Below, one piece after another: positions 21,647-32,238 of a DNA stretch of 64,000 bases. This DNA is from Mantamonas sphyraenae STR306 (lineage: Eukaryota > Protista > CRuMs), in NCBI GenBank assembly GCA_026936335.1, contig JAPMXV010000050.1:124001-188000 (forward strand), written 5' to 3'. Below the pieces are notes generated by a model, which was not told the origin of the DNA, did not search any database, and saw only the letters and a program-made list of their open reading frames with translations. The position numbers and the translations under genes are program-made. How positions within the stretch are numbered: the first letter of the stretch is position 1; every line of letters begins with the position of its first letter.

Positions 21647-24600
21647 CTACTCCCCACCCACAATCTCCAAAGGGATGACAAACCGCTCCTGGCCGCTAAA
21701 CACCATGAGTTTGACCCTGCGCACGCCGATGCCCTTGTCGAGCTCCCTGCCTGCGTAGAGGACGGTGAGGAGCTGTGTCTCATCCGGTTCAATGAGTCCC
21801 TGGGTGATGAATTCAAAGTCGTGTGCCCCTTCGCCCTTGGCACGTGCCACCCATTCCAACGGCTCTTCGTTGCTCACGTTGCGCAGCTTGACCACACGCG
21901 ACTGTCCACTGTGGTCAAACACAAGCGGCTTCTCGCTCACATCCAGTGCATTCAGCACACAGTTGCCCATCACCGAGGCTGCCAATTCAAACGTACGTCC
22001 ATCTTCCAACTCACTGTCGTGGTGATGATGACGGTCCTCCTCCTCCTCCGCCTCCTCCCTCCTGTTTCCCACCCGTCGCTTGCCCGCACCTGTGCGCTTC
22101 CTGTGCAGGCGTCGCTTGTCGGCCACCGTGGCCACAAAGCGCACCAATGCTCGGCTGGGGCCGCGGCTGACAGGTGCAAAGCGCACACTCAGCTTCACGT
22201 AGGAAAAGGGCTTGATGTGGAAGCGGCCGTGGTTGATGACAAATTGGTGGCTGGGATTGTCCACCGTCACATTGATGCGATGCCGCGTGCGGTTGCACAC
22301 TGTGATCCGCTCCTTGCGCATGCCTCCAATCAGCGTTGGCGCAAACCGCAGCCGTGCCTCCTTCAGGTAGATCCGCTCCTTCTTGCCAAACAAGCGCTCC
22401 TTGGATGTCTTGCCCTTGCCACTGCCACTCTTGTGGTGGTGGTGGTGGTGATGGTGATGGTGGTGCTGATCCTGATCGCTCACCGATCCCACACTCATGC
22501 TGTCCTGGCTTCCCATGTCCCATCCGTCGTCGTCGTCATCATCGTCGTCTTTGTCGTCATCACTCTCATCCCTGTAACTGTGCATGTCGTCGTCGTGCTC
22601 ATCATCATCACCCTCATCATCGTGTCGTTTACCCTTGCTCTTGCCCTTGCTGGTGCGCTGCAACACATCATGTGCAGAGTCATCCACGCCCCCTGCACTG
22701 CGCTTCATCTGTTGCCACGTCTGCTCAAGTTTGCGCTCGTCGGCCCCGACGTGCATCCAGCCGACGCCTCGCAGCACCAACTCGCTGCGCGCCTCGTTCT
22801 CCACACTGATAAATTCCAGCGACTGCACATGCAGCCCATCTTCCTGTGGACGAAAGCGGATGGGGACCTCCACGCACGAGTGCGCAGGCACAATGCCTGT
22901 CCAGCTGGGCAGTAGAAACACCTCGGCGTTCAGTTCCCGGGAATCCTGACCGAAAAAACTCTGCTGTTGCTGTTGCTGTTGCGAGCCACCGCGCCGCCGC
23001 CACTACGGGTGGAGGTAGGCCATGGCGAGTGGCAGCCAGCACGCTGGCGTCGTGTGCGTTGACGCTATCGAGATCGACGGTGTCGTGGACGCGAGCCATG
23101 CCCGCAGAGGCGCGAAACACGTACTGCTGCGACACGGGCGAGATGTTTTCCACCAGCACGTGTGCCTCCTCACTTGTGTGGCCCACTTCCGTGCGAGGAA
23201 ACAACACACTGCTCGTACGCAAGGCCAACGGCTCGTTCAACAGCGCCTCCTTCATCAACACCTCGCCCATCTGCGACTGTGCCACCAGCCGTGTCGACGT
23301 CTCCTCGTGCTGTTGACCAACAACACCATCGCCACCACTCATCATGGCCATTTGCCTGTGTTGTAGTTTGTGGCCTCGCGAGGGTGTGTTGACTGCCGGC
23401 GGATCCACAACATCACCCGCGCCTGACAGACTGCCCTGTGCGTTGATCGACACACGCACACGCTTCATCACACCCCCGCAGTTGACTCGCAGCTCACCCG
23501 ACCACGGGTACTGCAGCCATGTGGGCAGCGGTGACACCAGCGACACGCTGACCACCACGTCTGTGTACGCTGGCAACACACCCCCCGAGGGCTCCACATG
23601 CAGCGGATTGAACGATCCATGCGATCCGACGCCATCCAGAGCCACTTCGAACATGTAATCGTGCTCGCTTGCGTTGATCAGCACAAACGTCGTCGATTGC
23701 CAGCTGTCCAGCGCCAGCAACACATGCTGCGGCGACACACACCACGCCGTCTGTTTGGCCTGTGGTCGTTGCTGCAGGCTACGCAGAGACAAGCCGCTGG
23801 CCAGCAGGGAGGAGGAGGAAGAGGAAGAGGAAGAGGAGGAAAGGCCAGCCTGGCCCGCGATCATGCTGGATGCCATGGAGCCCATGCCAGCACCACCCGC
23901 AGCATAACGGCCCTCCAGGTTGCGGAAGCGAGGGACGGCGACGCCACAGACGGTGAGGGTGGTGCATCGGATGTTCTCCTTGAACAGCTGGTCGTCAAAG
24001 TAGTCCTGTGCGACCTCGCGTTGCCACACGGAGGAGGTTTGCGACAGGTGTTCGTGTTCCACCTGAAAGGCTTGCTCACGACCAAACTCGGTGTCAAAGG
24101 CGTCGGCGCGCAGGGGCACGCCGGTTTGACTCTGCAGGAAGCGTTTGGCGCGGCGATGCACACGCAGGATCTCGTCGCCGTGGTACAGGTCGATGTTGAG
24201 CATGAAGGACGCCAGGCGTGCGTCTCCGGAATCTCCATCCGCGGGTGTGTACACCACTTCAAACTCATGGGTGCCATGGGATCCCGCCACACACACGGCT
24301 TCCGGTCGCACCGACAGCCGTGAGTCCTGGTGTGGCACCACAGCACGCACATACGCGGAACGGGAACCAATGTTCTGCACAATCACACGCCACAGCACCG
24401 ATTCCCCCTCTGTGATTTCGCCAAAGTCATGGATGGTGGACGTGCACAGCTGCAAGTTGGATGTGCCCCCGATGCCCACCAGGGGCAATCGGAAACGAGG
24501 GCCACCCGTGTGTAGGTCGTTGGCACTGCTGCTACTGCTGCTGCTGCTGGTCATCTCAATGATGACACCGGAGTAGACGGTGGCCAGGAGGGACGGGGCA

Positions 24601-24875
24601 TACAACATGGCGACACTCTGCTCCTGGCCAGGGGCAAGCAAGATGCGCGTGCGTTCGCTGCCCTCGTTGAACCCCCCCTCGCTCAGACTGCCAAATCGGA
24701 ACAGGGGATTGCTGTCCTGAAAGTGCAGCTCCACCTGACACGAACTCAGTCCAATGTTGCGCATCACAAACGATGCCGCACCCACCGATCCCAGTCGCAC
24801 GCTGCCAAAGTGCACCAGCGGCTTGTCGCACACAATCGGAATGTCTGCGTCCTGGATTACAGACGATGCCACGTG

Positions 24876-24909
<34 letters not shown>

Positions 24910-26343
24910 TTCTTTCCCTTGTGGTGGTGCTGCGACACCTCCAACTGTTGGTGTTGGTGGTGCTGTCCTCCTCGTTGCCCCATGTCCCACCCATCCCCCG
25001 CATCACTGCTACTGTGTCCCAGCTTACTTGTGCCGTGGCTGCTGTGCGTGCCATCCAGGACACTCATGCGCATGGTGGAATTGCCCGTGGATCGCTCGCC
25101 TTGCACGTGACCCATCCATGTTGACGAGCCCCCCGTCATTGCCTCTCCTGTGCTGCTGTCTTCACCACCACCACCGCCACCACCACTGCCACCACTTCCC
25201 AGGTACCTCCCTTGCACAGAGACGGCATGTGCCACCCTGTTGGACGTGTCAAACCGCACGCTACCACCTGTCACCCCACCGTACTCGTCTGCACACACTC
25301 CATTGATGCCAATGCGAAACACATTGTCCAATGTGCTCACGGTGAGTTCTGCCGAGAAGCGTCCCACACTGCTGGGGGTAAACGACACGGTGGCCTCACC
25401 CACATGCTGGGCATCAATGTGCAGCATGCGTGGCTGCACCTGGAAGCACCTGTCCATACCATTGCCATGGTTGCCATGGTCGCCATACCCATTGCCCAGC
25501 TCGTGCTCGTCCTCCACACGCAGCAGTGTCTCCAGTCCAATTGTCCCTGCGTTCCGAAGTGGCAGCTGCACCGTCTGCGTGGCCCCGGGCGCACACCGGA
25601 TGTTCAACATGTGTGCGTCCCGTGGTATCTGCAGCCGTGTGAATCCCACCGTGGCGTGCAGTGGGCGTGTGTATGTGCCGTACCGTGCCAGGCTACGGTG
25701 GGCAAAGTCGAATTCCGGCTGCACCAGCAGTTTGCCCACGTACCGCGCCGTGCCCATGCCTCCGTCATACCCCTGCGGTTGGAACAGCACACGCAACCAC
25801 GCACGCGCCCCTGCAGCCACCTCCACCACCGCCTCGTTGCCACTCCTCCCAAACGCCTCTGTTTGCGCCGTCAGTGGCGCCTGTGCCTCGGCCCCGGATT
25901 GTGCTTCGCTCACTCGCCATGATTGGTGGACCGCCATCTGCGACGCAAACACAGACGCCTGCAGACGCACACCCACCTTGCCTGTGTTGATCACACACAC
26001 ACAACGACTCACCGTGTGTGTGTGATCCACAACACCCATGTCCAGCGTGTCATCATCATCATCATCATCCTCATCATCCTCATTGTCATTCACCTCATCG
26101 TTACCGGGTCGTCGGTCGTGCCCATGCTCACCCACCGAATTCACCACGCGCCACTCCGGCGCATACGCCTCACCCTCCAACTGCACCAGACCCGTCTGCG
26201 ACAAATGCTCAAAGATAACCTGCATGCCCGCCTGTGCCAGACCCGCACGCACTGGCCGGAACGACACCTGCACACGCACCGTCTCGTGGGCAGCCACCGT
26301 AAACCATTGCACGGGCACCTCAAAGCTGCTGTGACCACCGCCA

Positions 26344-26374
<31 letters not shown>

Positions 26375-27867
26375 TGCCTTTCCCCCCGGTGGATGCCTCC
26401 TCCACATTCAATGTGAAGCGCACCGTGCGTGTGCTGTTGTTGCGGAACGGCACCATCACCCGGTTGTCTGTGCCCACCCCACACGCCTCCCATCGCACCT
26501 TTTTCGGCAGACGCAACAGAGCACGCACATCCTTGGGCTGACTGTGGCTCTCATGGGTCATGGTTGCTCCCGGCTGTTGTTGTTGTTGTTGTTGTTGCTG
26601 CTGCTGCTGTTGTGCCATGTCACCCCCATCAGCACCAGCAACACCACCACCAGTGGACGCTGGCATGGATTGTTGCCGTGACCCGTACCGTGGGCCTTCA
26701 GGAACATACGACGAGGATGACGATGAGGTTGACATTCCGCCATCTGCTTCCATGGCGTGTGGTGCCGTGTACACCGCCTGCATGTGCACCTGCACGGATT
26801 CGATGTGTTCATGGGCGCCTGCAGCCAGATTCTGCAAACTCAGCGTGGCGGTGTGTTTGGCACGTGCCAATCCCGCGTAGGCATCCGAAGCCAGTGGCGA
26901 GTAGTGCACCTCCAACACCGCCGTCTTGCCACTCTCCACACGAAACAGATTAAAGGGCATGCCCGTCGATCCAGACCCTGTCGTGCCCGGGTGACTCTGT
27001 CCAGCCTCCAGCTGCCTCACAAAGAAGCGCTCCTCGTGGTCGCCGTACACATTGGCCGCAATCGTCAACCCGGTCTCGTGCAGGTTCAACACACTCATGC
27101 GACGCACCTCGTGGCGTGTCACCTCTCCAAAGTCCACTCTGTTGCTGTCACACACAAAGAGTTTCCCCCCACCTGTGTGTCCTCTGTGCCTGTGGCGGCT
27201 GCTGGTTGTCGTTCCAACCTCCTCATCTTCCTCCTCCTCCTCCTCCATTCTTCCATCATCATCGTCATCATCATCTCCCAAATCGGCCAATTCCAGGGCA
27301 GAGTCTGTGCTGGCGTCCAACTGACTGGGCACCACAAACACACTGTTCTTGGGCCATTTTGCCTGCAGCCGCTCCAACGCAGGCGTCTCCAGCTGGGTCT
27401 TGTTCGGTGTGTATGCGCCTGCTCCGTTGGGTGTGGTGAACATGCGATGCCGTACAAACGCAGCCGGTGTGCTTTCGTATCCCATGGCCCTCTATGCTGC
27501 TGCTTTCACTGCTGCTGCTGCTGCTGCTCGCGCCCGCGCCCGCGCCCGCGTCTCGTGTCGCCCGCGCTTGGAACCGGACGGATTTTTGCGCAGACTCTTC
27601 CACCGCCGTGTCTTCCAGCCACGATGCCACCTTGCGTCGTCCACGCGTCCCTACGCTTTCCTCTGTAGCCTCAGTGGCGTGTGTGCCCTGTGATGCACTC
27701 TCCCCCATCGCTTCGTCCTCGTCGTCGGCTGCCGGCGGCGGTTGGTTTTGGCGCCAAGCACCGCCGTCGTCGTACTCCTCCACCCCATTTCCTCCCACGT
27801 CGTCTTTCTCCCCATGGCTGCTCTCCTCGTCCACAACAGCTGCACTGGGTACCAGGTAAGCGTCCAT
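21647..27867 (-). CDS. CEP192: CEP192/SPD-2-like centrosomal protein with multiple ASH/PapD-like domains; two apparent frameshifts (~27486 and ~22925-23000)
   Basis: Repeated ASH-type motifs (VDFGEV, VHFGSV..G, NxG..., F-x-P). SPD-2-domain-like LVGIGGTSNL and HGDEILR. Three ORF segments join by single-base shifts. The start codon is less certain. Confidence 0.72.
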
Positions 27868-27936
27868 TCCAATTGCCAAGTTGGTTTGCGCGCAGCGGTG
27901 CTGCGCCAGCTCCACCAACCACCTCCCTCGCACGCC

Positions 27937-28932
27937 ATGTCTTCATGTGACGACACCACCCCATCCACATCCGTGGTGCGCGCTGCTATTGTCAAACACC
28001 TGCAGGCGCATCCGCAGAGTGTGTTTACACACGCCCAGCTGGCATCACACCTTGCTTCACAGGAACTGGAGGTTCCCGAGATCACGGACGCAGACATCAA
28101 GGATGCCCTTGCCTCGCTTGTTCAGGAGCACAGGATAGCCACGCGCACGTCGTGGTTGCTCCTCAAAGGATCCACACACTCTGTACAGTACAAACACAGC
28201 CACATGGCACGCCACGACGTGTACTGGCACCCGCGGCCAAAGGTGAGCGATTCGCCCAGCCCGAAATCGCCTTCCAAATCGATCGTATCGCCCAGCAGTA
28301 CCGAGGGTGATGGCCAGGAGGCGCCATTGGGCACTCCATCGTCCAACGGCGTGTCGCCTCCGAGTCCAAAGAGGCGCAAGATTGGCACACCGGCCAGCAG
28401 CAGTGGCAGGAAGCGCGGATTGGGAAGGCGCAGGGGCGGTGGGCTTGTGCGCAGGCGCAAGCTGGGCACAGGCAGCCCACACACACCCAGTGGAAGCATT
28501 GTGGGAGGACTGGGAGTCCATGGAAACAGCAACAACAGCAGCAGCGGAAGCAGCAGCGGAAGCACAGGAAAGGCAAACGGAGGCTTCAAGAGACACACGC
28601 CGGCCAAGAAGAATCCGCAGACAGTGGCCGAGTGCCAGGTTGCTCTGCGTGTGCGCACACGCGAGCTGGAAAACGTGCGAAAGACTCTTGCAGAGCTCAA
28701 GACGTCACACAAGGATGCAGGCAACGACGACGACACTCTGATGGCGCTGGCAGACAAGTGGAAGGCCGCGTGTCAGGAATGCCTGCGGCAGCTCTTTGAT
28801 CGCTTCAAAGGCTCCGTCACCCTCGACAACGGACAAACGTTTACCATCCAACACCTTATGGCGAGCATGGCCGTCGATCCACGTCTTGTGGGATGGGTGG
28901 AGGCCGAAGAGCTGTTTGATGACGAGATTTGA
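27937..28932 (+). CDS. SFR1: SFR1/Mei5-like recombination mediator, 331 aa
   Basis: C-terminal coiled coil followed by LADKWKAACQECLRQL...TIQHLMASMAVDPRLVGWVEAEELF, matching the Mei5/Sfr1 C-terminal pattern. Central Ser/Pro/basic disordered region. Confidence 0.75.
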   Translation: MSSCDDTTPSTSVVRAAIVKHLQAHPQSVFTHAQLASHLASQELEVPEITDADIKDALASLVQEHRIATRTSWLLLKGSTHSVQYKHSHMARHDVYWHPRPKVSDSPSPKSPSKSIVSPSSTEGDGQEAPLGTPSSNGVSPPSPKRRKIGTPASSSGRKRGLGRRRGGGLVRRRKLGTGSPHTPSGSIVGGLGVHGNSNNSSSGSSSGSTGKANGGFKRHTPAKKNPQTVAECQVALRVRTRELENVRKTLAELKTSHKDAGNDDDTLMALADKWKAACQECLRQLFDRFKGSVTLDNGQTFTIQHLMASMAVDPRLVGWVEAEELFDDEI

Positions 28933-28941
28933 AATCGCCTT

Positions 28942-30443
28942 CTACTTATTCAACAATCTCAAAATAGTTGACGGAGCATAGCCCTCCTTGCCAGACTGGT
29001 TGCGCACACGCAGCCACCCATCGCCTTCGTCGGTGTCCAGGATGTCAAACGACTCGCCGACGTCGATGTCAAGTTCGACCCAGCTTCGTGCAGCGAATCC
29101 GTACAATGCCACTCCTCGTCGCAGGCCATTCCCACCACCCACACCCGCACTTGATGAGGAGTGTGATTGAGCAGACACCTCGATTTCGTCCTCCTCTTCG
29201 TCTTCGTCGTCTTCCTCCTCCTCGTCGTCCACAAAGCCCAACTCTGCCAGTTCCTCCCGCAACGAATCAATCAAGCTGTACACACCTTGCGGAAGGGCAC
29301 GGTACTCACACTGGCCATCGTGCACCTCCATCTCGTCGCCGTCGCCCTTGAAATCGCATCCATACTTTTCAAAGCCACAGGGCCTGATCACCAGCCTGCA
29401 GGTCCTTGTCTCGTGATCATACAGCTCCTTGCGAGGCACAGACTGGTTGCAGCCATTCTTGCATTCCACCATGGCTTCGGGACACACCGTGTTGTCGTGC
29501 TGCACCTGGTGAATCTGGGAACCTCTCGCCCACACCTGCACATGACAGGCTTCCACTGGCACCCATCCTCGTGCTCCTCCATACTCTTACGCTCCGTGCG
29601 ATGGTCACACCACTCGTACCTGCACCCAAGAACCTCCCACGGACACGACAGCTCGTGCAGAAAGAATGTTCCCCGCGGGCCCTTGTGTCGACACATGCCA
29701 TTCTTGCACACCACTGGATACGCTGTACATGTTTCCTGGTGCTTCCCCAACTCCTTGCGCATGCCATGCCACTCGTTGCAATGCATGCACGCCACAGGCT
29801 CAAACGCACACTCTTCCTGCAGATGCTCTGCAAGCTCGAATCGAGTGCCCGTCGCTCTGCACCGCTCCCACTTGCAACCCAACCCAGGTGCTTGCATGCA
29901 AGCTTGTGTCACATGGCCACGAAACTCACTGCGTTTGCCCTGCCACCCACAGCCAAAGCCACACTCGATGTCCTGCCCGTCCAGGAATTCCCGACAACGC
30001 GGATCCGCCTTGCTGGAGCCCACACGCGTCCGACACAGAGGACACGCCTGGTTCTTACGAAGCCACAGACTGATACACGCCCCACAGAACGTGTGCAGAC
30101 ACGGAATCGCCGTTGAAGGCTCCCGAAACACCTCCAAGCAGATCGCACACGTCCACAAATCTCCCAAATCTCCACAGTACTGATTGCTTGCCTCTTCAAG
30201 AGCGTCCTCTCCAATGCGCAATGTAATCCCCTGGCCAACCACAGGCTGCTCCTGTTGTGAATGTGTGTCTGACGCTTTGCCCTTGCCCTTTTCCTCCTTC
30301 CCGACGAATTCCTGCAGGTCGTGGGCTTTTCTTGACCCACCCTTGTGCACCTGCCCAGCACAGGTGTGGCAAAACACATCGCCATCACACCGTTCACACA
30401 CCAGAGTGGCTTGTTCTTCTTCACACTCCACGCACAGGCGCAT
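28942..30443 (-). CDS. B-box + RING + TRAF-type zinc fingers + SH3 putative E3 ligase; one frameshift at ~29510
   Basis: B-box CVEC..CERC...FCHTC..VH, C3HC4 RING CAIC..PCLHTFCGAC..CPLCR, about six CxxC..H..C TRAF fingers, and SH3 ALYGF..EL...GW.RV...GYAPS. Confidence 0.85.
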
Positions 30444-30539
30444 GCCAGAGTGTGATGATGATGGGTTGAAGTTGTCTGCCCATGCGCACACGCACGCTGC
30501 ATCCACCAACTCAACCTGTTTCCCCCGCGTCCAACCAAC

Positions 30540-32147
30540 ATGACATCGCAATCCTCCGATGCAGACCGGTGGATGCGCATGAGTCCTCGCAATTCGGATG
30601 AAATGACACGCAAATTGCTTCCTGATCACCAGCTTTCGTCGTCTCCGGGGGCGGCAACCTCTACCGCAGCATCAAGCCCTTCTGGACGCTCGGGACTGAA
30701 GAAGGTGACTGCAGACATGCCTTCGTTGCAGGCGGCGGATGGTGACATGGAACCTGCAGACATGCACTCGCACAGGGGCACGAGCAGTACACGCGGGACT
30801 TCGGCGACCTCGTCCGCCACCTCTTCACGCCGTCTCCACCAGCAACGACCGGCGCCAGCACCGATTCAGGGCGAGAGTGGCGTCACTGTGTTGGCCATCC
30901 CGGAGGACATCTCGTTCTCCTCCCTGGTGGATGAGTACTTCAGCGATGAGGAGCATTTGTCGGACGAAGAGGACGAGGATGCACAATCCGCGGGGCACAA
31001 CAGCAGCGGAGCCCTGACGTCGGTGGTGGTGGGCGCCGATAGCGTCGGGTCGTACCGAGACACGGGCAAACTTGCCAGCTACGACCAATTCCCACTTCTG
31101 TTTGCCTTGATGCGCTTCACCCAAGTGTATCACCATCCTTCGTCGTCTCCACTGGCGCCATTGTTCACGGCGTTGTTGCCCGCGACGGTGCTCGTCCTCA
31201 GCTGGGCCCTGGACATGGTCATTCTGCTCTTTTACACCGTAACCTTCTCCGAATGGGTGCTCCACTTTGTGTCCATGGCCACAGTGACCACCTCCTTTGT
31301 CTTTCTGTACATCATCCTCCGCAAACCCGTCCTCCGCGTCCTCCTCACCACCTACCGCAGCCGCCTACGCCGTCGTGCCGCACGCAACGTACGCAACCTC
31401 ATCCTGGCCACTGTCACCACCTCTGTGGTTGGGGTCCTTGCCGATTTGCCCCTCATCCTGAATCTGGTGGAACAACTGCAGGCGGTGGACCACGAGTTGC
31501 ACCTCAACTTCCAACTCATCCTCATTGTCGTCTGCATCGGTGAAATCCTATACTACAGTGTGTTGGTGCTGGCCATTGCCACCGTGTGGTTGGTGGCATT
31601 GGTGCAAGCACGCCAGTGGACCGACTATCGACGTTCCCTCACCGCCGGCAGAATGGATGTCGACCAGGCCACCCTGCGTCACGCACGCCTTCGTGCAACC
31701 ATCAGTGATGTCAACACATCCTTCCAACACTTCCTCTCCGTCATCCTCCTCCTCATCATCATCAGCATCGTCGTCAACACCTACGCCGCACTCCGTGCCG
31801 TGGACAATTCCCGCTTCTTGTTCTTCGTCTCCTCCTTTGCCTTTAACATCTTTGTCATGTTTGCCCTCATGCTGCCCCTGCCCCTGGTCACCTCCAAAAT
31901 CAACAAGGTTCGCAAGACGGTGGCCCGAATCCGAGCCTTTACGCCTGTTGTCCACGCGCAGCAACTCGACTCCTTCCTCATCTACCTCGGGTCCGTAAAC
32001 CCCAGCATCAAACTGGCTGGCATCGATCTCACCCTCTCCTTTGTCACCAAAACCATCCTGGCCGTGTTTTCCATCACCGCCTTTGTCGTTCAGCGTGAAC
32101 TCAGCTCCGCGCCACTCAGCGACAATCCTTCCACCCCAACTCACTGA
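30540..32147 (+). CDS. Gustatory-receptor-like (GRL/7TMIC superfamily) seven-TM protein, 535 aa
   Basis: Long hydrophilic N-terminus with no signal peptide and ~7 hydrophobic helices. The C-terminal LDSFLIYL...IKLAGIDLTLSFVTKTILAVFSITAFVVQ resembles the GR TM7a/7b signature ending in Q. Confidence 0.7.
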   Translation: MTSQSSDADRWMRMSPRNSDEMTRKLLPDHQLSSSPGAATSTAASSPSGRSGLKKVTADMPSLQAADGDMEPADMHSHRGTSSTRGTSATSSATSSRRLHQQRPAPAPIQGESGVTVLAIPEDISFSSLVDEYFSDEEHLSDEEDEDAQSAGHNSSGALTSVVVGADSVGSYRDTGKLASYDQFPLLFALMRFTQVYHHPSSSPLAPLFTALLPATVLVLSWALDMVILLFYTVTFSEWVLHFVSMATVTTSFVFLYIILRKPVLRVLLTTYRSRLRRRAARNVRNLILATVTTSVVGVLADLPLILNLVEQLQAVDHELHLNFQLILIVVCIGEILYYSVLVLAIATVWLVALVQARQWTDYRRSLTAGRMDVDQATLRHARLRATISDVNTSFQHFLSVILLLIIISIVVNTYAALRAVDNSRFLFFVSSFAFNIFVMFALMLPLPLVTSKINKVRKTVARIRAFTPVVHAQQLDSFLIYLGSVNPSIKLAGIDLTLSFVTKTILAVFSITAFVVQRELSSAPLSDNPSTPTH

Positions 32148-32238
32148 GATTGGTGCTGCTGAGCTGAAATGAATGAATGAGTGAATGAATGTGTTCATTG
32201 AATCCCATCTGTTTATCCTCGTTCTTTTCTGCTGGTGA

